The translations under genes and the position numbers were made by a program. From Caecitellus pseudoparvulus (Eukaryota > Protista > Bigyra: Bicosoecida), in NCBI GenBank assembly GCA_965644315.1, contig CBFFRQ010000084.1:33480-97479 (forward strand): 64,000 nt of DNA, read 5' to 3'. Each line of letters starts with the position of its first letter. Positions within the stretch are counted from its first letter, which is position 1. This document shows, one piece after another, positions 22,083 to 30,456 of the stretch. The notes below the pieces were generated by a model that searched no databases, was not told the origin of the DNA, and saw nothing but the letters and a program-made list of their open reading frames with translations.

Positions 22083-22802
22083 GTGCTCTGCCCCCATCCT
22101 TGCCGAGAGCCCCTTCCGCTGGATTCTTGCGGCGAGTCAATTCTTTCGATTTCCGCAGATATGTGGGGCGAGCGGTCTCACGTGGCTGCTCAAAAGCACA
22201 TGTTTGACGTGCCCCACCTGCCTCACTACCGCAAAGACAGAAGACATACCTGGGCGAGTGTTGCAGAGCAAAGCGGGGCTCCGAAGCCGTTTCGGGGACA
22301 GTATCTGCAGTACACGCGGGCCACCTCCCTGCAGCCCAGCCACCCAATCGACATGTTCGGTGATTTCCAGGCCCGCAGGCACCGCAGGCCTGCGACAGAT
22401 GCGGCACTCATGCAGACTCTTACTGCTGGCTGCAGTGTCGTCGCAGGTGAGGGCTCTAAACAACATGCGCATGGCAGAGGCGTTGCTGCCGAGCACGAAG
22501 CGGGACAGGCGGAGTCCCCTCGATCGGCGAGCGAGCCCACAGCCTTGAAGTCGCCCACGAGAGATCAGCGCCGCCCAAGTGCAGCAGCGTTGGCTGCGAT
22601 GGCGTATGCGGTGAGGGAATCGACCAAGCGTGTTGCAGCTGCGCCAAGCGCGTACGGGAGGTTTGGCGCCCCCAAAGTCCCAAAGTCACGCCGCTTGACG
22701 CCTGCCTTGCACCACTGCCAAACAGTTTACTACGAGAGCACATCCACCATGGGTCTGACATCACCCCAGCGAGTGACGCAGTACACTTTCGGTGCCAAGT
22801 GA
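22083..22802 (+). CDS. Hypothetical protein (5' structure uncertain)
   Basis: 239-aa ORF with protein-like composition filling the gap between divergent and convergent neighbours. No recognisable motif. Confidence 0.35.
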   Translation: MLCPHPCREPLPLDSCGESILSISADMWGERSHVAAQKHMFDVPHLPHYRKDRRHTWASVAEQSGAPKPFRGQYLQYTRATSLQPSHPIDMFGDFQARRHRRPATDAALMQTLTAGCSVVAGEGSKQHAHGRGVAAEHEAGQAESPRSASEPTALKSPTRDQRRPSAAALAAMAYAVRESTKRVAAAPSAYGRFGAPKVPKSRRLTPALHHCQTVYYESTSTMGLTSPQRVTQYTFGAK

Positions 22803-22844
22803 CAGTTGCAGGGGGTTGTGGCGCCGGTGGCAACGCAGGACAAT

Positions 22845-24300
22845 TCATTGCTGCTGCAGGACAGAGAAGAAGTACTCGCTTTCACTCGCCCCATCCTCAG
22901 GCAAGTCAGTGCAATGCAGTGCGTTCTTCACCGTGGACACGCCATACTTGGCGCGCAGTGTGTCTGGGCGAATCTGCTTGGCAATGTCAACGTCCCGCGG
23001 GCCCACGATGCGCCGCACGCGCTGCACTGCGTCTCGCCCCCGCACCTCCAGCGCAAGCAGCAGCCCATCGGACAGCTCAGCTGCCATGTCTCCGAATTCA
23101 GGCACGACGTGCTTGTACACCTCCAAAAACTCCTCCGCAGTGACCAGCTCCAGGTCGAACATTTGCAGGGCGGTCAGCGTGAGGGGCCCCGCTGCATCCC
23201 CCCCATCGTGCGTCGCAGCCAAGGCACGGCCCAGGTCCCGCAGCAGAGGCCCTGCCTGCCCCTTGGCCACGGCGTGGGGCAGCACTACCACGCTGGTGAC
23301 CAGGTCGTCCATGGCCGCCGTCACCGCCCGGGCACTGGGGGCAGGCAGGGCAGAGGCACCGCCACCGCCACCAGCCGCCGCCGCCGCTGTGGCCTTGAAG
23401 CCCGTCACAGTCGTGTCGCCGAACTTGGGCAGAGCTCCCCCTGCCCGCCCTCTGTACCCGTCTCCGAAGAACGCGTCCAGGCAGCGCTCAGACTCAGCGG
23501 CAGAGGCGGCGCCCACGAGCGCTGCACCGGCATGCGCTGGGAGGGTAGCGGCCACAGTCCCCAGGATGGTGTCCCACTGCTGCACTGCGTCTGGGCCCAC
23601 CACCTCCAGCGCCACGCTGAGGCCGTCGCACACGCCGCCAGGCACGACGTCGAACAGTGTTGCGGCGTCTGTGGCGGTCAAGCGAGCGCTGCGGGCGTTG
23701 GTGACCTTCAGGCCAGCTTCGTTGATTGCAGTCCACACGTCTCCCAGGAAGGGCACGGCGCCGGCTGTGAGCAGGGCAAAGGCTCTGCGCAGGGCGAGAG
23801 CAGGCCATGTGTGTGGGCAAGTCGGCGGAGCAGAGCGTGCAGCAACGCACCTCTCGGCGATTTTTCCGAGGGAAGTCCGAGTGAAATCGTTCTCGAAATC
23901 CAGCACTGTCATTTGGCGCCCGAAACTGCACAGCGTTGGCGGGGTGGAGGCACCTTGAGGTGTGCTGTCCGATGCATCATCGCACCATTGCCACGCACAT
24001 GTTCAGCTTGGCACCGATGAAGAGGTCGTCCTCCTCAATGGAGGGGTACTTGATGCGCTTCAAGAACGTCTTTCGGTTCTTTGGCTCAAACTGTGCGGGG
24101 AAAGGGCCCATGTGGGTGCTGCTGCGGTGCCTTGGCCCCGGCGCTGGCGCTGAGCTGCGGTAATCGACGCCACTCACCAGCTCGACCTCGCCTTGCCCAT
24201 CCATGCGCACGAAGTACGTGAGCTTGAAAAAGCGCTTCACCTCTGAAGCAGGATCCAGCCATTCCACCTTCAACGCGTATGAGTGCTTGATGTTCGCCAT
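22845..24300 (-). CDS. NME7: Nucleoside diphosphate kinase 7 (DM10 plus two NDK domains); 3 introns
   Basis: DM10: VEWLDPAS..FKLTYF..|FEPKNRKTFLKR..DLFIGA..FGRQMTVLDF. NDK-B: AEEFLEVYK, VGPRD..IAKQIRPDTLRAKYG, KNALHCTDLPEDG. Confidence 0.9.
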
Positions 24301-24624
24301 GCTCCCTGTGCAGCCAGTGGTGGTCAGAGTGCTCAACTGCCAACCTGAACCAAACAACAATTCACTCTGAGTTGCTGCTAGGATGGGTGTCGTTGGGAGG
24401 GTGTTTTGACTGTGAGCTGGAGTTGTGCACGTGTAGCACTCTGTTTTGTCCAATTCAAGGGGTGAGCGCCACACAGCAAGGGCCGCGGCGTGACCAGCGC
24501 CAAGCCCTGAGCAAGCAACGCTGTCGTGCTTCACAAAAGCAGCAATTTCACCGCAGACAAACTGCCAAACACAGGCACCGTGTATGGAGCACGTGCATTC
24601 CAAGCTGACTCAGCGCCACGTGCA

Positions 24625-25785
24625 TCACTTGCGCTTGCGCGGCCTACCCCGCCCCCGCTTCACTTGCCGTGTGGTGCCGATCATGCGTGGCTTCTTGGCC
24701 TTGTGCCCAGCACCGCCGCCATCAGCGTCAGCCACCGCGTCGTGGACGTGGCTGGCCTCGTCCACGTCCGCAAAGGACAGGAGCTGGGCGATGGTACTGC
24801 CTTCCCCTTCGCCCCCCTGCAGCGCTCCGCCCATGGCTCCAATGACGCTTTCCAGGTGCTCCAGCTGCACGAAGTCATTCACGATACTCTCCACCTTGGC
24901 TTCTGACTTGCCGATGCCCACGACCAGGTGCGTTGCACAGGGGACGATGGTGCCTGCGTAGCGGTGCCCTTGCAAGTCCAGGATCAAGCCGCTCTTGCTG
25001 CTGGTCAGCCTGCCCACGGCGCCAACGTCACCGCTCACGTCAAAAGCATCCCCAGCCCCATCTGCTTGAACCAGCACTGTCGTGCGGCCTGTTCGGCCGC
25101 CTCCTCGAGGCATGACCAAAGGCAGTTCAGAGGCGGGAACCCTGCTGCGTTGAGACGCCACGTTGCCGCTGCTGCCAGCCTTACTTGCTTCCTCACTCGC
25201 AGGAGGACCGTCTGAGCTGGACGTCTTGTGCGAAGATGACTGTGTGGGGTTGCTATACTGCACAACAGCGGAAGCCGCCAGCTTTGCGGCATGAGAGTCA
25301 ATCGCTGAAGCCTGAGTGGCAGAAGAGCTGCCTGACTGGGCAGCAGCCGCTAGCTGAGGTGATGCAGTGTGGCTTGGGAGAGAAGGGGTGTGATTTTCTT
25401 GGGGGGAGTCCATCACAGCCTTCGGGGAGTCCCTCGTTGGGCTCCTGGGACGTTTTCGGCGTGGAGACACTTGTGGCGTTTCGCCAGTCGACGAAACGCC
25501 AGGGCTTGCCATCCCTTCTGCTGTTCCCTCGCCGTCCAACACCTTCATCGCGCGCAAGACGTATTCCTTCACTTCCCCCTTTCGATGTGCAAATGAGCAG
25601 CCGTAGTGATCCTCCAGGGCCTGCGAAACGGAAAGGGAACCGAGTTCAAAACAGCGATGGCGCGGGGCATCGGCTGCGCTCCTGCCACGCACAAGCCTCA
25701 GCTGCTTCATACTCATGCTCTCTAGCTGGCACTTGCGCAGCAGCTTCATCACAGCCCGTTCCACTCGTTTGCCATCGGGCTCCAT
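24625..25785 (-). CDS. BIN4: BIN4/MIDGET-like topoisomerase VI accessory protein with N-terminal DEK-C-like domain and C-terminal AT-hook (intron 25621-25692)
   Basis: LPLV..TTVLVQ..DVSGDVGAVGR..LILDLQG..IVPC.T.LVV.IG.SEAKVESIVNDFVQL matches the conserved plant BIN4 C-terminal block. N-terminal LESMSMKQLRL|ALEDHYGCSFAHRKGEVK is DEK_C-like. Ends KRGRGRPRKRK. Confidence 0.75.
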   Translation of the reverse strand: MEPDGKRVERAVMKLLRKCQLESMSMKQLRLVRGRSAADAPRHRCFELGSLSVSQALEDHYGCSFAHRKGEVKEYVLRAMKVLDGEGTAEGMASPGVSSTGETPQVSPRRKRPRSPTRDSPKAVMDSPQENHTPSLPSHTASPQLAAAAQSGSSSATQASAIDSHAAKLAASAVVQYSNPTQSSSHKTSSSDGPPASEEASKAGSSGNVASQRSRVPASELPLVMPRGGGRTGRTTVLVQADGAGDAFDVSGDVGAVGRLTSSKSGLILDLQGHRYAGTIVPCATHLVVGIGKSEAKVESIVNDFVQLEHLESVIGAMGGALQGGEGEGSTIAQLLSFADVDEASHVHDAVADADGGGAGHKAKKPRMIGTTRQVKRGRGRPRKRK

Positions 25786-26035
25786 GCTGCGCTCCTTTGC
25801 CGTGTCCGACTCCTGAAGAGAACTGCGGAGTGACAGCTGTGGTGCGCTTCGACGTGCTCCGCTGGCAATCTGATGCAGCGCAAAGAATTGATGTTAAAGC
25901 TCATCCTGGCTGGAAGCCTACGTGTGCTTTGGGGGTCTTATGGGAATCTGTGTTTGTAGCAGTCTGGGGGGGTGCCTTCTGCAAGGGGCTTGCGGGCTTG
26001 GCGTGATGGCCTCAAGCCATCCTCACTCTTGCACA

Positions 26036-26065
26036 AGCGCGACCAGGGATCGTCAGGGTGTCCGG
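26036..26065. repeat. Left TSD (8 bp) plus left TIR (22 bp) of the hAT element
   Basis: AGCGCGAC followed by CAGGGATCGTCAGGGTGTCCGG, read directly. Confidence 0.97.
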
Positions 26066-26386
26066 GAAGCTATTTCCGCACCTTTTTTGCTGAGATGCCG
26101 GACACCCCAACCTTGGGGGGGGTGCCCCCCTTGTGGACCCCCCCCCCCTTCGCCGCCCGTGTGCAAGGTGCTGAGAGACGCTCATCCTCCTCCCTCCGCC
26201 TGCTTGCCAGCGCTGGTCCCCGAGCAGGGTCAAGTGCCACTTTGCCATCAATGCACCAAATCATAACACTGTTTTGTATTTGAGGCTTGATATTTACGCC
26301 CCTAGGCTCCTGAACACAACCAGGTTCGTTTGCAACGGAGGTGCTGTCAGCCGGGGTTTCGGTCACGTTTCACTTTACGCCTCATC

Positions 26387-29300
26387 ATGGCAGAGGGCAC
26401 GGCTGAGTCTGGGGAGGATGTGACTGTCGCTGAGCTCCCTCGAGCTGTTAGATTGTCAACTGAATTGAAGGTTTTCTTCCGCAACGGCTGCCTCTTGCGA
26501 GAGCTTTGCAGCCGGGAGGCACTCCGTCACTTCTGCGACACCAAGACCAAGAATCAAGGGAAGGCTGCAGTTGAGAAGTGGAGGGCTGTGTGCCCAGATC
26601 TACGCATTGGCAACTTCCCCCTGCTTGCAATTCTTGGGCTGAAGGGTTGGAAGGCAAAAGGGAACAGTCTCGCGGATTTCCAGCGGTCAGATTCGCGCAC
26701 TGGAAAACCAATCCTGTGGTCCGAGACCCTGAAGTGCTTCGTTGAAGCACGAAAGGAAACGCTTCTCAGAAAGCACCTGCCGGCCAAGCATCACATGACC
26801 AAGCAAGAAGTTCTTGCACTGGCCAAAACGTTCAGTGTTGAGAAGCCCATGAAAGCTCAGTCTGACAGTGAGGCATACAGAGCCCTGGGACACGTCACAC
26901 GGAACCTCGTGCATGAGGCACAGGTACTTGTCGAGTCAGTGCCTGTCTCGGGAGAGACGATCGCTCATGATAGCAAGTCTCACTCGCGAATCGCTCAAAA
27001 ACTTCTGGTGCAGAACTTCGCTTCCTATGGGCTGTCGCCGCAACAGATTGCGAAGGTGATGTCCCCTGAGAACCACATGCTGATGACCGTATGGGGTTCA
27101 GAAGCCTCTTCAAGCACGATGTACAGGGACATTCGACAAGCAGCCGATGACATAACTGCTGATCTGCGCAAGAAGCTGGCAGAGAAACCAGAAGCCATGG
27201 TGTCCCTTCAAGTGGATGACACAAGCATCAGCCACACGATGCTGAATTGTACTACAGTCGTGCTGTCATGCCCTTCGCTGCTTCCAGAGCCGATTCCTTG
27301 CCGAGTTTTCTTGAAGGTAGATCATTCAGATGCCCGTGCAATCACGGAGCAGATCCTTGTGGTCCTGTACGAGCTGGATCTCAACCCAGCCAGACTGGCT
27401 GGGATTGTATGTGACAACGCCACGGTCAATGTGAGGGCCATCAAAGACTTGCAACGCCTCGGCAGCGCAATCTCTGCGCTGCCTGCTGGTGAAAGCTGCC
27501 GTCGTGAAGTGGAATGCGCACTTGGGCATCGCCTCGATGGTCTAACCAAGGAAGCTGCTGCTGCGCTCGGCCGCATTCAATGCCAGGAGGAAGTGAGAAG
27601 GCGAGATGCAGCAGGCCTGGGTGACGACTACTTTGACCTAAGTACACCTGTAGCTGCCACTCCTTCTCGGGATCCTGGACCTGAGGTTGAGATTGTTGAT
27701 CCCGTCACAAATCTGACAAGGAGGGAGATTGAGGAAGCAGCTTCGACTGATTTCATGCGCGTGCGCGATGATTCTGTTCCACATAAAAAGCTGGACGAGA
27801 GCAAGGCTACATTTTGCCGACGAGTGCTGTGTGAGTGGCTTGACTCCAGTTCTGTCAGGAAGGGGATGGCGAGCTTGGCACTGCTGCCACGCGTGCCCTG
27901 CATGGCACACTCGGCAGCATTGGCCGTGGGGGAAGTGTTCGACGAATTCGAGTGGGGTGTTGAAGTTTGTCAGCGCGTCAAAGACCTCTTTGCTGGCCAG
28001 AACCCTGCTCCCCATCGCGAGTCTGCCAAGGCGGCATCGGCTTACTCGTCTGACTACCTCTTCGCACCTACACGCTGGGGCAGTGTATGGAAAGCTGCGA
28101 AAGCGATCCTAATCAAAAGGAAGGCCTTGATTGCGTGGCTTTCAGCTCAGTCGCGTTCCGGCTCGGGGTCTAACACAACTGTGTTTGAGAACAAGGCAGA
28201 AAGGGCATTGAATAATCTGCGCAGGTTTGACACAATGCTGCAGCTTGCAGCAATGGTTGAAGTGGCAAGACCACTTGTGAGCATGATTGAAAAGTTGCAA
28301 AGTCACATGGGTCATGAGGGTGGTACAGAAATGTTTGCATTTGTTGAGAACAAGCTGAGAGAAATTAGACAAGGGCAACGTCAACCCACGCTCTCTGCTG
28401 AGGTACTCATAGTCGGTGCAGACCGGGCAGGAAGAGCAAAGTGTCTAGCTGAGCTTGATGGGAGCTTTATACGTGACTCAGATTCTGCGAGAAGATACCT
28501 GCCAGCTCCGCAGCACGCTCGAGCAACCGCCGCTAAGTTGCGCCTCCAGGCTGCGGATCGGGGATGGAGGAAGCTCAAGGAGTGGGGCGCAGTCATCGCC
28601 GCCAGGTGGAAGCTCATGGACCTGCTGCGCCCACGGCCAGACGCTGGTCTTCGCTTTGCACACCTCGAAAAGTCAGTCCCCAAGTACTACACGCACGCAG
28701 AGCCTGGGAAGCTTCCCCGTTCTGCTAGGTTCTGTGTTTTGGTCATGAACCTTTGCAGAGGGCAGATAAACCATGGACAAGAGCTGCTACACTTGTTGAA
28801 CAACAACGTGGGGACTGCTTTGCAAATTGAGGAAGAGTGGCGTCACTTTGTCGCATACTGTGAGAGTCACCGAGAGCTTGCTTGCCTTGAGATCGGCAGC
28901 GATGGCAGAAAGCAAGCCGAGCCCTGCAAAGATCTGGAGGCATGGTGGAGAGAAAAACGAAGAACTTGGCCTCTCCTCTCCCGTATAGCGCAGGCATTGT
29001 ACTCAACACCAGTCACAAGTGCAGGCGCTGAGCGCTTCTTCTCCGTGCTGACCGACTGGTGTGCCAGTGGCAAGAGGACCAGGGCACACACACAATTGCT
29101 TGGCAGCCAACTTCTGCTGCTTTCCAATCAGCAGTTTGTGACTCGGCGCATCAGGGACTGGCTGACCCCACGCTTCAAAGTGTGCAACTCTTCAGTCGAC
29201 TCTGTTCGCCAGGAGCAGGGCCAGGCACTCGTCAAGGGCCTGGATGGGCTAGCTGGGCAGCTTGTTTCCTCTCGAGTTGCCCCTGCTGCGCGTGCATGCT

Positions 29301-29494
29301 CACTTGCCGGGGCTTCAGCTGCCCCTTCACGCCGGGCTGTTGGTGGCAAGAAGAGAGTCCGAGCGGGAGGAGCGCCTCCAAGCGGTCCCAAGAAGGCGCC
29401 GAGGTCCGGTGGAGGGAAGCAGGGAACGCTTGATGACGTGTGGAGAAACAGATCAGGTGCTGAAGATAGCATACCAATGCAAAGTTGGCTTTGA
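26387..29494 (+). CDS. hAT transposase (1,035 aa from ATG 26387)
   Basis: D1 in VDDTS (~27215), D2 in CDNATVN (27413), CxxH in PCMAH (27899), TRWGS, and a C-terminal dimerisation domain WW..KRRTWPLLSRIA..TPVTSAGAERFFS with E at 29030. Confidence 0.92.
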   Translation: MAEGTAESGEDVTVAELPRAVRLSTELKVFFRNGCLLRELCSREALRHFCDTKTKNQGKAAVEKWRAVCPDLRIGNFPLLAILGLKGWKAKGNSLADFQRSDSRTGKPILWSETLKCFVEARKETLLRKHLPAKHHMTKQEVLALAKTFSVEKPMKAQSDSEAYRALGHVTRNLVHEAQVLVESVPVSGETIAHDSKSHSRIAQKLLVQNFASYGLSPQQIAKVMSPENHMLMTVWGSEASSSTMYRDIRQAADDITADLRKKLAEKPEAMVSLQVDDTSISHTMLNCTTVVLSCPSLLPEPIPCRVFLKVDHSDARAITEQILVVLYELDLNPARLAGIVCDNATVNVRAIKDLQRLGSAISALPAGESCRREVECALGHRLDGLTKEAAAALGRIQCQEEVRRRDAAGLGDDYFDLSTPVAATPSRDPGPEVEIVDPVTNLTRREIEEAASTDFMRVRDDSVPHKKLDESKATFCRRVLCEWLDSSSVRKGMASLALLPRVPCMAHSAALAVGEVFDEFEWGVEVCQRVKDLFAGQNPAPHRESAKAASAYSSDYLFAPTRWGSVWKAAKAILIKRKALIAWLSAQSRSGSGSNTTVFENKAERALNNLRRFDTMLQLAAMVEVARPLVSMIEKLQSHMGHEGGTEMFAFVENKLREIRQGQRQPTLSAEVLIVGADRAGRAKCLAELDGSFIRDSDSARRYLPAPQHARATAAKLRLQAADRGWRKLKEWGAVIAARWKLMDLLRPRPDAGLRFAHLEKSVPKYYTHAEPGKLPRSARFCVLVMNLCRGQINHGQELLHLLNNNVGTALQIEEEWRHFVAYCESHRELACLEIGSDGRKQAEPCKDLEAWWREKRRTWPLLSRIAQALYSTPVTSAGAERFFSVLTDWCASGKRTRAHTQLLGSQLLLLSNQQFVTRRIRDWLTPRFKVCNSSVDSVRQEQGQALVKGLDGLAGQLVSSRVAPAARACSLAGASAAPSRRAVGGKKRVRAGGAPPSGPKKAPRSGGGKQGTLDDVWRNRSGAEDSIPMQSWL

Positions 29495-30070
29495 GGCACT
29501 GATCTTGGCGGGCTTTCTTTTCAGGCCCGAGACACTGCTTGCGGAGACAAGTTTCAAGGATGGTCCAGGCGGGTGGATCCGGGAGCTCAATGGAGGCGCC
29601 TCTCCTGCTTGATACTAATTCCCTTTTGCGCGATTTGGGCAAGGTTTCATCGCAAAGTGTGTCTGCATACTATTTCCACCCCTCATGGCTTTCGCTCCTT
29701 GTACAGGAGGGCGTACGCGGAGCTCTGGGCATCCAGGCAAGCGACACCACACAGACCACAGATCACCACGCCAACCAAAACAGTGCCGTACAAGCAGTAT
29801 CGCACACATTTTGCAGTATTTGGGCTTGGTACCGTGTTGAGTAGGACAAGATTGCCTGCCCAGATGCAAAGCTGCAGCAATATCTGTACAAATAATCAAA
29901 TATGACCATAAAGTTGCTTGCGTGCTCTGCCAAGGATTGGGTATCTCACTTGAAGCGCATTACGAGGCGCAAAGATTCACAGAGGAGACACAAAAAGACG
30001 CATTCTACCCATAAGGCGCTGCAATGGACCACAGGATATCGTTTATTGAGGTCTTTGAGGGGGGGTTCAA

Positions 30071-30155
30071 GAACTGGCCGAAGGCCAGTTCCCGGACACC
30101 CGGGTGTCCAGCTGGAGGGGCCGAAGGCCCCCTTCAGCCGGACACCCGAAGGGTG
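30071..30155. repeat. Subterminal hairpin/palindrome array of the hAT right end
   Basis: Three C-GAA-G stem-loops (30071-30091, 30117-30131, 30143-30155), a 16-bp palindrome at 30094-30109, and CCGGACACCC copies at 30092 and 30138. Confidence 0.9.
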
Positions 30156-30160
30156 CGGAG

Positions 30161-30190
30161 CCGGACACCCTGACGATCCCTGAGCGCGAC
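30161..30190. repeat. Right TIR plus right TSD of the hAT element
   Basis: Exact reverse complement of the left TIR, followed by AGCGCGAC. Confidence 0.97.
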
Positions 30191-30456
30191 AAAATAATCA
30201 CACCAAACACTTTTCAACCTATCTCAGGCGGGGAGCCCGAGCTTCTTCCTTCAAGTCTGACACGCTTTGGGCTCAGAGCGGTCTGCGCCGCGTCGGGATC
30301 GCAAGCGGAACTTGGCAGTTATTGCCGCTGTTGTTGCATTTAACTCTGGGAAGGCAGCTGAAAGTGAGATAGCTGCAGCAGTCCTGCGTCTTTGCCTGAT
30401 TCAATACCCCCTTGCACTTGTTTCTGCTCGCAGTGGCGATAAACTTTCGTAACTTT

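Larger units (their letters stand above)
26044..30182 (+). mobile_element. Full-length autonomous hAT-superfamily DNA transposon (4,139 bp)
   Basis: Perfect 22-bp TIRs CAGGGATCGTCAGGGTGTCCGG (26044-26065) and CCGGACACCCTGACGATCCCTG (30161-30182). 8-bp TSD AGCGCGAC at 26036-26043 and 30183-30190. Internal transposase ORF; lower GC than flanking genes. Confidence 0.97.

Noticed and set aside
29495-30070. Possible cargo gene in the hAT 3' region
   Set aside because: Only short overlapping ORFs without motifs; best read as 3' UTR or subterminal sequence.
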